The notes: generated by a model not told the origin, from the sequence alone. A stretch of 64,000 bases of DNA from Chthoniobacterales bacterium (GCA_038226905.1 JBBRQE010000001.1:1392-65391), one strand, 5' to 3'. Numbered from the stretch's first letter, positions 8,574 through 16,841 are shown. A program made the numbers and translations.

Positions 8574-9887
8574 CAGAACCGATAGCGCAAGAAGCAGTGT
8601 GACGACGGCGCCTAGACTGGCGAAGACGATCCGATCCTGCCAGCGGGCGCGGCGCGCCGCTTCGGAATAGGGAATTTGGGTAAAAGAGATCATGGCGTAA
8701 AGCGGCAGGTAAAGACCTGGGAGGGCGCCCTCGAGGGCGTGATCCAGCTTCTTTTTCGCACGAAAGAGAGGCGAGGCCGTTTTGTCGCGCATCTCGATGA
8801 AGTTCGAGACGGCGAGTTCCGCCAGGGCATCGGCGTTTTCTTTCCGCCGACGATAGTATTCCGCAAAAGCGTGCTCCCGACTATCCGGGAACTCGGCCAG
8901 GCAGCGGTCGAGCACGACACAATCTTCGAAAGCCGCGTTCATCCCCTGGCCATAAAACGGAACCACGGCATGCGCGGCATCGCCTACGAGCGCAACTTTG
9001 TCCTTATAGTTCCAGGGAGAACAACGAATCGTCACAAGCGAACCAGTCGGATTTTCGTTATACTCCTCCAGCAGCGCAGGCATAAGAGGGACGGCGTCGG
9101 GAAATTCTTCGTCGAAAAATCTTCGCACATCGTCGTCGTTCCTAGTCGATTCGAAACTACGCGGTCCTTTGAACTCCCAGAAGAGCGTACAGGTAAAAGA
9201 GCCGTCGGGGTTGGGCAGCGCGATCATCATGAAACTTTTGCGCGGCCAGATGTGGAGGGCCTCTTTCTCCATGCGCCACCTGCCCTCGGCGGTGGGCGGA
9301 ATGGTTAGTTCCTTGTAGCCATGGGCGAGGTAATTCTCGTCCTCTTCGAAATTTTTCAGACGCCGCCGCATTGATTCCCTCACCGCGGAAAAGGCGCCAT
9401 CAACGCCGATCACGGCATCGCCCGAAGCGGTCATCGATTGAGACGTTGAGGTATTGAGAAGATGAGCCGCGGCCGACTCCAGATCGACGTCCGTGCAACG
9501 GTGATTAAAATGCACACGCACATTGGGGTAACGCTGCGCCGCCTCCAGCACGGCGGTGTTGAGAGCGGCCCGGCCGATCGAGCTGATATATTTGGCGGGA
9601 TCCCGATCGTAGGGAGCGAAATGCAGCTCTCCCGATTTGTGGTGGATCATACGGCCGCGCATGGGGATGGCTTCTTGCATGACGATGTCCGCTAGCCCCA
9701 GTTGCGCGAGCGCGTGAATTCCGCGCGCCGAGAGGGCAAGATTAATCGACCGACCGCCCACGAAGTTACCGGCCCGCGGATCCGCCCGTCGTTCGAACAA
9801 CTCTACCTGGTCGCCCCGCCGTCCCATGTAGGCGGCGAGCAATCCGCCGGCCAGCCCACTGCCGATAAGAGTGAATCGGGTCGACAT
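8547..9887 (-). CDS. kmo: Kynurenine 3-monooxygenase
   Basis: 446 aa. FTLIGSGLAGG dinucleotide fold, RSINLALSARG, GDAAHAVVPFYGQGMN, C-terminal membrane anchor. Typical KMO blocks and length. Confidence 0.85.
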   Translation of the reverse strand: MSTRFTLIGSGLAGGLLAAYMGRRGDQVELFERRADPRAGNFVGGRSINLALSARGIHALAQLGLADIVMQEAIPMRGRMIHHKSGELHFAPYDRDPAKYISSIGRAALNTAVLEAAQRYPNVRVHFNHRCTDVDLESAAAHLLNTSTSQSMTASGDAVIGVDGAFSAVRESMRRRLKNFEEDENYLAHGYKELTIPPTAEGRWRMEKEALHIWPRKSFMMIALPNPDGSFTCTLFWEFKGPRSFESTRNDDDVRRFFDEEFPDAVPLMPALLEEYNENPTGSLVTIRCSPWNYKDKVALVGDAAHAVVPFYGQGMNAAFEDCVVLDRCLAEFPDSREHAFAEYYRRRKENADALAELAVSNFIEMRDKTASPLFRAKKKLDHALEGALPGLYLPLYAMISFTQIPYSEAARRARWQDRIVFASLGAVVTLLLALSVLLFLGWTGR

Positions 9888-10026
9888 TGAGCAGAATAAC
9901 TAACCGCGGATCAGACGGAGATCACGGATATTCCGATGAGCGGCTCTGGCTGACGACCAAATAGGTCGGGCTGGTCGCGCATCGCCCGTTCTTGATGTAG
10001 CCTTCAATTTCCCTACCGAATTACCT

Positions 10027-10200
10027 ATGAAAAAACTTTCGCTTTTACTTGTCGGAACGACTTTCGCCATCGCTCTGGGAGCCTGCCGTTCACACCCAAG
10101 TTCCGAGCAGCCAACAAAAAAAGAGCCACGGCACGCGGGCAAACATAAAGATGATTTTTTCAACACCAGCCCACCACCCCTCGAAAAACCAGGGCAGTAG
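10027..10200 (+). CDS. Small lipoprotein (57 aa, below the ORF-track cut-off)
   Basis: ATG 10027. MKKLSLLLVGTTFAIALGAC-RSHPSSEQPTKKEPRHAGKHKDDFFNTSPPPLEKPGQ, stop 10198-10200. Canonical signal peptide plus lipobox LGAC. Confidence 0.45.
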   Translation: MKKLSLLLVGTTFAIALGACRSHPSSEQPTKKEPRHAGKHKDDFFNTSPPPLEKPGQ

Positions 10201-10213
10201 GCGTGCTCTTCAC

Positions 10214-11491
10214 TCATTCATGCGCCGCCAGAATCCGGGCGAAACGCCAGACCTCGTGGAACGTGTTGTAGAGTGGCGTGGGCGCCGCGCGGATCACGTT
10301 CGGTTCGCGGAAATCGCACTTCACGCCGGCGGCTTCGAGTTTGGCGAAGAGTTCCCGCGGATGTTGCCGGACAAGAATGGAGAGCTGGCAGCCTCGCTCG
10401 CTTGTCCCGCGCGGTGTGATGACGGTAAATAGCTTCGACGGCGCCTCATCCAAAAGAAATTGCAGGTAGCCGGTCAGCTGGACCGACTTGGCCCGCAACG
10501 CGTCGATGCCGCCCGCTTCGTCAAAAAGGGCGAGCGAGGCCCGCAGCGGTGCCATGGAAAGGATCGGCGGGTTGCTGATCTGCCAGGAATCGGCCGACGG
10601 TACGGGCACGAAATCCGGCTTGAGCTGCATACGGAATCTGGTCGCCGGATCGTTGCCCCACCAACCGGCCAGGCGCGGAAGTTCACGATTCGTCGCGTGT
10701 CGCTCATGCACGAATGCGCCCGCCACCGCGCCAGGTCCGGCGTTGAGGTACTTATAGGAACACCACACGGCGAAATCGACATTCCAATCATGCAAGGCCA
10801 GCGGAACATTGCCGGCCGCGTGCGCGAGATCTATGCCCACATGGCAGCCCTGTTTCTGCGCGACCGCGGTGATTCCCTCGATGTCGAACAGCTGACCGGT
10901 GAAAAAATTCACTCCGGCGAATAGGACCAGCGCAATCCCGGCCCCATCCTTTTCTATGAGGGCCTCAATATCCTCCGACCGGAGGGTCAACTCCCCTGCC
11001 CTCGGCCTGGCCAATACGAGTGCGTTGTCCGGATTGAACCCGTGATGGATGATCTGCGATTTGATCGCGTAGGTATCAGAAGGAAAAGCCGGCTCTTCCA
11101 TGAGGATGCGAAAGCGCGCCTGGGTGGGCCGATAAAAAGTGGCCATCATCAAATGCAGATTGACCGTCAGGCTGTTCATGCAGACGACTTCATTTGATTT
11201 GGCACCGACCAGGCGGGCAGTCGGCTCGCGCAATATCTCGTGATACGTGTACCACGGCGTGCGGGCTCCGAGATGCGCGTCTACCGCGAGATTCGCCCAC
11301 TCCTCCAACTCTTCTTCGACCATTAGTCTGGCCGCCTTCGGCATCAGACCGAGCGAATTTCCGCAGAAATAGATGAGCGGCTGGCCATCGGGACCCGGCG
11401 GAAGGTGAAAACGCGCTCTAAACTTCTGCAGCGGATCTTCCGCGTCGCGTTGCAACGCGAAATGTTCGTCGGCGGCGAAGTTGGCGGTCAT
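10214..11491 (-). CDS. kynU: Kynureninase
   Basis: Start set at ATG 11491 (MTANFAADEHFALQRD...). FCGNSLGLMPK, PLP-lysine block WCSYKYLNAGPG, C-terminal REPNVIRAAPTPLYN. Confidence 0.9.
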   Translation of the reverse strand: MTANFAADEHFALQRDAEDPLQKFRARFHLPPGPDGQPLIYFCGNSLGLMPKAARLMVEEELEEWANLAVDAHLGARTPWYTYHEILREPTARLVGAKSNEVVCMNSLTVNLHLMMATFYRPTQARFRILMEEPAFPSDTYAIKSQIIHHGFNPDNALVLARPRAGELTLRSEDIEALIEKDGAGIALVLFAGVNFFTGQLFDIEGITAVAQKQGCHVGIDLAHAAGNVPLALHDWNVDFAVWCSYKYLNAGPGAVAGAFVHERHATNRELPRLAGWWGNDPATRFRMQLKPDFVPVPSADSWQISNPPILSMAPLRASLALFDEAGGIDALRAKSVQLTGYLQFLLDEAPSKLFTVITPRGTSERGCQLSILVRQHPRELFAKLEAAGVKCDFREPNVIRAAPTPLYNTFHEVWRFARILAAHE

Positions 11492-11510
11492 GGAAGAGCT
11501 GCAAACTTTC

Positions 11511-11541
11511 AACGCCCAACGCTCAACGTCCAACGCTCAAT
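11511..11541. repeat. Tandem heptamer element (AACGYYC)x4+AAT, copy 1
   Basis: AACGCCC AACGCTC AACGTCC AACGCTC AAT. Ends 19 nt upstream of the kynU ATG and overlaps the VOC stop codon (11537-11539). 28/31 identical to 12021-12051. Confidence 0.7.
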
Positions 11542-12006
11542 TCGGAGGGAGCGGAGCTGGTTGCATGAACTCTATGGTCGTCCCATCGGGATCGCGGACA
11601 TAGACAACTCGCCTCCCGGCATTGGGGCCGCTCTTGAGAGTTTGCGGTTTGCCCGCCGCGCTCCAGCCGGCCCTGGTAATCGCGCCTAGCACGGCGTCTA
11701 GGTTGTCTACCATGAGAGCCCATGCACCGATCCGGCGTCGCAAGGTTTGAGGTCGGCACGCTTTCGTTCGGGAGGCGCGAGGTACTGCAGTAATTCAATC
11801 CGGTGACCGGGAGCCTTGAGAACGGCGATCAATATCTCAGCGCCGGGCACTCCGGTGACTTCGCTGGCCAGCTCGCCTTGGTGATGGGCGCGGTGAGACA
11901 GCTCGAAGCCAAGAACATCCCGCCAGAAGGCAAGGGACTCTTCGATGTTCGCGACCGTTATGCCGGTGTGGTCAGTTGCCAGGACGCGAAAGGGCTCAGT
12001 GAGCAT
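11537..12006 (-). pseudogene. VOC (glyoxalase/bleomycin-resistance/dioxygenase) family gene split by a frameshift
   Basis: ORF 11707-12006 (..TDHTGITVANIEESLAFWRDVLGFEL..KPCDAGSVH) and ORF 11537-11743 (..AWALMVDNLDAVLGAITRAGW..YVRDPDGTTIEFMQ) are the two halves of one VOC fold in different frames. The junction lies within 11707-11743. Confidence 0.6.
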
Positions 12007-12020
12007 GACTTCTTAGATCG

Positions 12021-12051
12021 AACGTCCAACGCCTAACGTCCAACGCTCAAT
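12021..12051. repeat. Tandem heptamer element (AACGYYC)x4+AAT, copy 2
   Basis: AACGTCC AACGCCT AACGTCC AACGCTC AAT. Ends 14 nt upstream of the VOC ATG (12006). Confidence 0.7.
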
Positions 12052-12121
12052 CAGAGGAAGAAACCGGAATAGCACGGCCTCCAGATCGGGGAGCGTTGGC
12101 TGGCAACCTGTCCTTCCCAGA

Positions 12122-12547
12122 TTAAGCAATTGCCGCGATGACTTTCAGCTCGATGGCGATGGGGGTAGGCAGAGCGCCAACCTCCACCGTGGTCCGCGTT
12201 GGATTCGGCTTGCCCGGTCCGGCGAAATATTCGGGATAGATCCGATTATAGATGGGGAAGTCCTTCTTCATATTGGTGAGGAAGACAGTTACGTCCACGA
12301 TGTCGTTCCAGGTCGCGCCCGCGTCTTCCAGGACGAGCCTGACGTTTTCAAACACGGCGTGGCACTGTTGCCCGATATCGTAGTCAACCATGGCGCCGGC
12401 GGCATCGAGCGTTACGCCGGGGATCTCTTCGCGGCCTCGCTCGCGCGGCCCGATCCCGGATAGAAAAAGAAGATTGCCCACGCGCCTCGCGTGCGGAAAA
12501 GCCCCAATGGGTTCGGGAGCTCGGGAGCTTTCGTAGGATTGACTCAT
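12122..12547 (-). CDS. RidA/YjgF family reactive-intermediate deaminase (candidate 2-aminomuconate deaminase by context)
   Basis: 141 aa. FPHARRVGNLLFLSGIGP, VDVTVFLTNMKDF, PTRTTVEVGALPTPIAIELKVIA. Classic RidA blocks. Confidence 0.8.
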   Translation of the reverse strand: MSQSYESSRAPEPIGAFPHARRVGNLLFLSGIGPRERGREEIPGVTLDAAGAMVDYDIGQQCHAVFENVRLVLEDAGATWNDIVDVTVFLTNMKKDFPIYNRIYPEYFAGPGKPNPTRTTVEVGALPTPIAIELKVIAAIA

Positions 12548-12571
12548 TTCTTAAAGTTCACTGTCGCGCGC

Positions 12572-12667
12572 CTCTTATTCGTATTCGCATTCTTACTCTT
12601 ATTCATATTCGAATAATATCTCGTTAGGCGCAAACATGAGTAAGAATAGGAATAAGAATACGATGAG
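12572..12667. repeat. AT-rich imperfect inverted repeat (27-bp arms, 22/27 complementary, 39-nt spacer) built from triplet-phased ANN units
   Basis: Left arm 12572-12598 is CTCTTATTCGTATTCGCATTCTTACTC. Right arm 12638-12667 is GAGTAAGAATAGGAATAAGAATACGATGAG. The spacer holds the perfect palindrome TATTCGAATA (12606-12615). Lies between the MoaD-like stop and the RidA start. Confidence 0.7.
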
Positions 12668-12672
12668 AAACG

Positions 12673-12969
12673 TCAGCCACCGGCGATGGCGCCCATGATA
12701 AAGAACGGCTCGGCCCCGCTTACGACCGCCTCGGGCAAAGGCGCATCAGGCGAATCGTGCGAGATGTCCTCCGAGCAGGCGAAGAACCGGACGAGCGGCC
12801 GGCGCTGCCGGGTAACGTGATCGCGGATGGTGCCGCGCAGCATCGGGTAGCGGCCCTCCAGAGCATCGAGAATCGATTGCCGCGTCGCCGGGCTTTTGAC
12901 TTCGAGCTGCACTTCATCGCTGACCCTCGCCAGCGTGCGCAAATGTTGGGGCAACACGACCCGGATCAT
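12673..12969 (-). CDS. MoaD/ThiS-like ubiquitin-fold protein with a free C-terminal Gly-Gly
   Basis: Start set at ATG 12969, 98 aa. [24 protein letters not shown]...[11 protein letters not shown]-stop. The ATG overlaps the upstream gene's stop as ATGA (12966-12969). Confidence 0.7.
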   Translation of the reverse strand: MIRVVLPQHLRTLARVSDEVQLEVKSPATRQSILDALEGRYPMLRGTIRDHVTRQRRPLVRFFACSEDISHDSPDAPLPEAVVSGAEPFFIMGAIAGG

Positions 12970-14153
12970 GGCAGGGTCTGCGCTTCGACGGACAACACAG
13001 CGGGAAGATCGCGCACGATCGGATTCCACGTATCGCCGGCATCGGCTGATCCATAGACCTGCCCGCCGGTCGTGCCGAAGTAGACCCCGCAGGCGTCCAG
13101 TGAGTCGACCGTCATGGCATCGCGCAGGACATTGACGTAGCAATCGCGCTGCGGGAGACCTTTAGTCAGCTCTTCCCACTCGTTACCGCCCGTCCGGCTG
13201 CGATAGACCCGCAGCTTTCCATCCGGCGGGAAGTGCTCGGAATCACTCTTGATCGGCACGACGTAAATGGTTTCCGGCTCGTGCGCGTGAATGTCGATCG
13301 GAAAACCGAAATCGCTCGGCAGATTCCCGCTGACTTCGCGCCACGAATCGCCCGCGTCGTCGCTCCGCATGATATCCCAATGTTTTTGCATGAAGAGGGT
13401 GTTAGGGCGCGATGGATGCATCGCAATATGGTGGACGCAGTGGCCCACCTCCGCGCTGGGGTCAGGCATGAACTCTGAGCGCAAACCGTTGTTAATAGGC
13501 CGCCATGTCCTGGCGCCGTCGTCCGTGCGAAATGCGCCTGCCGCCGAGATGGCGATGAACATTCGCTCCGAGTTTTTCGGATCGAGCAGAATCGAGTGCA
13601 AACACATCCCTCCGGCGCCGGGCTGCCATTTCGGTCCCGTTCCGTGGCCCCTCAGTCCGGCCAGTTCCTGCCACGTCTCGCCGCCGTCGCTCGAGCGGAA
13701 AAGAGCGGCATCCTCAACCCCCGCATAAACCGTACTGGGATCGTCTAACGACGGCTCGAGATGCCAGACGCGCTTGAATTCCCACGGATGTTGCGTGCCG
13801 TCGTACCACATATGGGTCGTGAACGGTTTGCCCGTGGCCGGAGAAATGTCATAAACAAATTTGTTACTATCGCCCTTGGGCGGACCGTCCGGCGGGGCAG
13901 TCGGCTCGCCCGGGACAGTACCCGGCTGCGCCCACGTTTTGCCCCCGTCATCGGAGCGCTGAATGATCTGCCCGAACCAGGCGCTCGTCTGCGACGCATA
14001 GAGCCGGTTCGGATCAACCGGCGAACCCTTGACGTGATAGATCTCCCAGCCGGCGAAATGCGGCCCGCTCACCTCCCATTGTTCGCGACGGCCGTCCGAC
14101 GTCAGGACGAACGCGCCTTTGCGCGTGCCAACCAGCAATCTCACTCCACTCAT
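12966..14153 (-). CDS. BNR/Asp-box repeat beta-propeller protein (sialidase-like fold, no signal peptide)
   Basis: 395 aa with six Asp-boxes: [48 protein letters not shown]. Confidence 0.75.
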   Translation of the reverse strand: MSGVRLLVGTRKGAFVLTSDGRREQWEVSGPHFAGWEIYHVKGSPVDPNRLYASQTSAWFGQIIQRSDDGGKTWAQPGTVPGEPTAPPDGPPKGDSNKFVYDISPATGKPFTTHMWYDGTQHPWEFKRVWHLEPSLDDPSTVYAGVEDAALFRSSDGGETWQELAGLRGHGTGPKWQPGAGGMCLHSILLDPKNSERMFIAISAAGAFRTDDGARTWRPINNGLRSEFMPDPSAEVGHCVHHIAMHPSRPNTLFMQKHWDIMRSDDAGDSWREVSGNLPSDFGFPIDIHAHEPETIYVVPIKSDSEHFPPDGKLRVYRSRTGGNEWEELTKGLPQRDCYVNVLRDAMTVDSLDACGVYFGTTGGQVYGSADAGDTWNPIVRDLPAVLSVEAQTLP

Positions 14154-14299
14154 GGCTTTCTCGTTTTGACCATGACCTTCTTTATCCGCAGGATACGCAA
14201 ACTTACATAGATTTTTTTCTGTCGAGGCTGCTCCGTCGCCTTGATGGCAGACCCGCGCGTCAGGTAGCGGAATGGTAGCAAGCAGGCTCGCGGTGAACC

Positions 14300-15757
14300 C
14301 TACTTTGCGATACAGATATTCTTGGCTTCGGTGAAAAAGCGCAGCGCTTCCAGACCACCTTCGCGACCGACGCCGCTCTGCTTCATCCCGCCAAAAGGAA
14401 CGCGCAAATCGCGCAAGAGCCAGCAGTTTACCCAGACGGTTCCGGTGTGGACCTGTTCCGCGACACGGTGTGCGCGATTCAGGTTTTGCGTCCAGATGCT
14501 GGAGGCCAGGCCGTATTCCGTGTCATTGGCATAACCGATCACCTCTTCTTCATGGTCGAAGGGCGTGATGGTCACGACCGGACCAAAAATTTCCTCGCGA
14601 TTGACTCTGCAACCGACCGGCAAGTCTGTGATGACGGTGGGGGGAAAGAAGTAGCCTTTGCGGCAACGCTCGTTAGGCGGTTTCGCCACTTTCCCGCCGA
14701 GGATGACGTTGCCCCCTTCCTGCCGCGCGAGCTCGACATAAAACTTCACTTTTTCCAGCTGCGTTTGCGAAACGATCGCGCCCTGCTCGGTGGCTGCTTC
14801 CAGCGGGTCGCCCTGTTTGAGCTGCCCAGCCCGGGCCACAAAGCGATCCACGAAGGCGCCATAGATCGAGCGCTCCACGAAAACGCGCGAACCGCAGAGG
14901 CAAATCTGCCCCTGATTGGCAAAGGACGAGCGGAGGCTGCCGGCCAGGGCAGCATCCAGATCGGCATCGGCAAAAACGATGTTGGGATTTTTTCCGCCCA
15001 GTTCGAGGGAGATTTTCTTAAAAAGCGGCGCACCCGCCTCCGCTACTTTCCGACCGGTGACTGTGCCGCCGGTAAAAGAGATCGTCCCAATCTTTTCATG
15101 CGCCGTGATGGAGGCGCCGACCGCGGGTCCGGTGCCCTGCACGACATTGAGGACGCCATCGGGCAAGCCGGCTTCCCGGCAGATCTGGCAAAGAAGGAAG
15201 GCCGTCATGGGCGTCAATTCGCTCGGCTTGGCCACGGCGGTGTTCCCGCAAGCCAGAGCCGGAGCAATTTTCCAGCTCAACAGGTAGAGAGGAAGATTCC
15301 ACGGCGAAATGAGACCGGCCACGCCGCGCGGTTGACGCAAGGTGTAGTTGAAGGCGACCTCGTCCGTGACGTGCGCTTCCGTTTCGGTGTGCAGGATGGC
15401 GGTCGCGAAAAATCGAAAATTGCTGGCCGCGCGGGGGATGTCGAGAGATCGAGCCAGGGCCAGTGGCTTGCCCGTATCGATCGATTCGGCCAAGGCCAGT
15501 TTCTCCAGGTCGCGTTCGATGAAATCAGCGATGCACAGGAGAAAGCGCGAGCGTTCCGAAGCGGATGTGCGCGACCATGTGGCGAATGCTTTCTCAGCCG
15601 CGCTTACGGCAAGGGCGACATCACGGGAATCGCTCTCCGCCACGACGGAATACGGCTTCCCCGTGGCGGGTTCGATGTTATCGATATATTTCCCGCCCAC
15701 TGGTTCGACGAAGCGGCCGTCGATGAAATTTTGAATCTTGACGGGTTCGTTATGCAC
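14300..15757 (-). CDS. NAD-dependent aldehyde dehydrogenase (2-aminomuconate/2-hydroxymuconate-semialdehyde dehydrogenase type by context)
   Basis: The ORF is open to 16099, but the first ~115 aa are Arg/Cys-rich junk. GTG 15757 ([19 protein letters not shown]) gives a canonical 485-aa ALDH. Motifs [16 protein letters not shown], catalytic Cys in GQICLCGSR. Confidence 0.8.
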   Translation of the reverse strand: MHNEPVKIQNFIDGRFVEPVGGKYIDNIEPATGKPYSVVAESDSRDVALAVSAAEKAFATWSRTSASERSRFLLCIADFIERDLEKLALAESIDTGKPLALARSLDIPRAASNFRFFATAILHTETEAHVTDEVAFNYTLRQPRGVAGLISPWNLPLYLLSWKIAPALACGNTAVAKPSELTPMTAFLLCQICREAGLPDGVLNVVQGTGPAVGASITAHEKIGTISFTGGTVTGRKVAEAGAPLFKKISLELGGKNPNIVFADADLDAALAGSLRSSFANQGQICLCGSRVFVERSIYGAFVDRFVARAGQLKQGDPLEAATEQGAIVSQTQLEKVKFYVELARQEGGNVILGGKVAKPPNERCRKGYFFPPTVITDLPVGCRVNREEIFGPVVTITPFDHEEEVIGYANDTEYGLASSIWTQNLNRAHRVAEQVHTGTVWVNCWLLRDLRVPFGGMKQSGVGREGGLEALRFFTEAKNICIAK

Positions 15758-16250
15758 GGGACGGGCAGAGTTTAAACGGCGTTTTCCGATTCGCCAAGGC
15801 GGGCGAAGGCCTTTTGCCGCCCTCCGCCATGCCCAAAGAAATCTCTGCCACTTTCTGATATTCCTACCGGCACCATTGCGATATATACTGGAAAAATGAG
15901 ATACCTTGAAGTCATTGGACTGATCGCTTGTGCCGCCGCGCTGGGTCAGCTGTGAAAGTACCGAGACGGCAGGCAACTCGAATCGCGCGGAAAAGCGTGC
16001 ACGCGCGGACCGCCTGGCCGCACAACAGGCGGGGGCGCGGCAGAGTCCACAGGATGAAGCGCAGCGAAATCTGCAAAATGCGCAAATGAACACCATCAAC
16101 CGCGATGGGAATCCAATGCTCCACGATTAAATAAGAGCCGGCCCTCGGTAGGCGCTTCTCGAAGAGAGGCTGGCCGCGCGACCCGGCTAAACCCGGGCGC
16201 CAACGATTCGGGTTGCACTCTGACGAAGGGACACTAGAATCCGCCGCTCA

Positions 16251-16841
16251 ATGAGGTTCGGACGGATAATTCAAATTATTGGCGGGGCCGCCGTCCTTCT
16301 CTTTTGCTGCAGCTGCGACGAACTCCAAACCGCGCAACAGACCGCGGCCAACGCGGTGCACGCAGTCATCGCGCCCACCCCGTCGCCCGGATATTGGAAG
16401 GGGGATGGGGTATCCGGCTCTCCCCGGATCGTGGTTCACCTGAGCGAGCAGAAGGCTTATTTTTACAAGGGCAAGCAGCTGGTCGGTGAGTCTACTGTTT
16501 CCACCGGTAAAAAGGGATTCGGGACGCCCGCCGGGCATTATCACGTGGTCTCGAAAGACAAGGATCACGTCTCGAGCGAGTTCGGGGACTATGTGGACGA
16601 CGACGGTAACGTGATGAAATCGAATATCGACGTCCGGAAGGATCACAAGCCAAGCGGATCTCATTTTGATGGCGCGCGCATGCCTTATTGCATGCACTTC
16701 AATGGCGGCTATGCCATGCACCAGGGGTATGTGCCGCCCTATGCGGCGTCCCACGGCTGCATCCGCGTGCCCCAGGGGATGGCTGAACATTTCTTCAACG
16801 CCGCGCACGAAGGCACACCCATCCTCGTTAAGCAGGATTAG
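16251..16841 (+). CDS. L,D-transpeptidase (YkuD domain) lipoprotein
   Basis: 196 aa. Signal peptide with LLFCCSC, catalytic block MHQGYVPPYAASHGCIRV. Confidence 0.8.
   Translation: MRFGRIIQIIGGAAVLLFCCSCDELQTAQQTAANAVHAVIAPTPSPGYWKGDGVSGSPRIVVHLSEQKAYFYKGKQLVGESTVSTGKKGFGTPAGHYHVVSKDKDHVSSEFGDYVDDDGNVMKSNIDVRKDHKPSGSHFDGARMPYCMHFNGGYAMHQGYVPPYAASHGCIRVPQGMAEHFFNAAHEGTPILVKQD

Noticed and set aside
11511-12051. Heptamer repeats, and the hairpin family, considered as a possible CRISPR array or minisatellite.
   Set aside because: The units are 7 nt with no spacers. There are only two 31-nt copies, separated by a gene, and no cas genes. I kept it as a regulatory-repeat finding instead.
14183-14195. 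Short palindrome TATCC-GCA-GGATA upstream of the BNR gene, considered as an operator.
   Set aside because: With 5-bp arms, chance occurrence in 64 kb is not negligible, and I saw no second copy.
14447-15775. 442-aa plus-strand ORF covering the whole ALDH gene. Similar long antisense ORFs occur at 4952-5920, 7724-8602, 20196-20906 and 51468-52124.
   Set aside because: They are mirror-strand shadows typical of high-GC DNA. The translations are Arg/Gly/Ala/Pro-rich with no motifs, while the opposite strand encodes proteins with unambiguous family signatures.
15758-16099. N-terminal 114-aa extension of the ALDH ORF (MMVFICAFCRFRCASSCGLCRAP...).
   Set aside because: The extension is Cys/Arg-rich nonsense with no counterpart in ALDHs. 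GTG 15757 gives the canonical ~485-aa length. The residual uncertainty is that the true start could be another non-ATG codon nearby.
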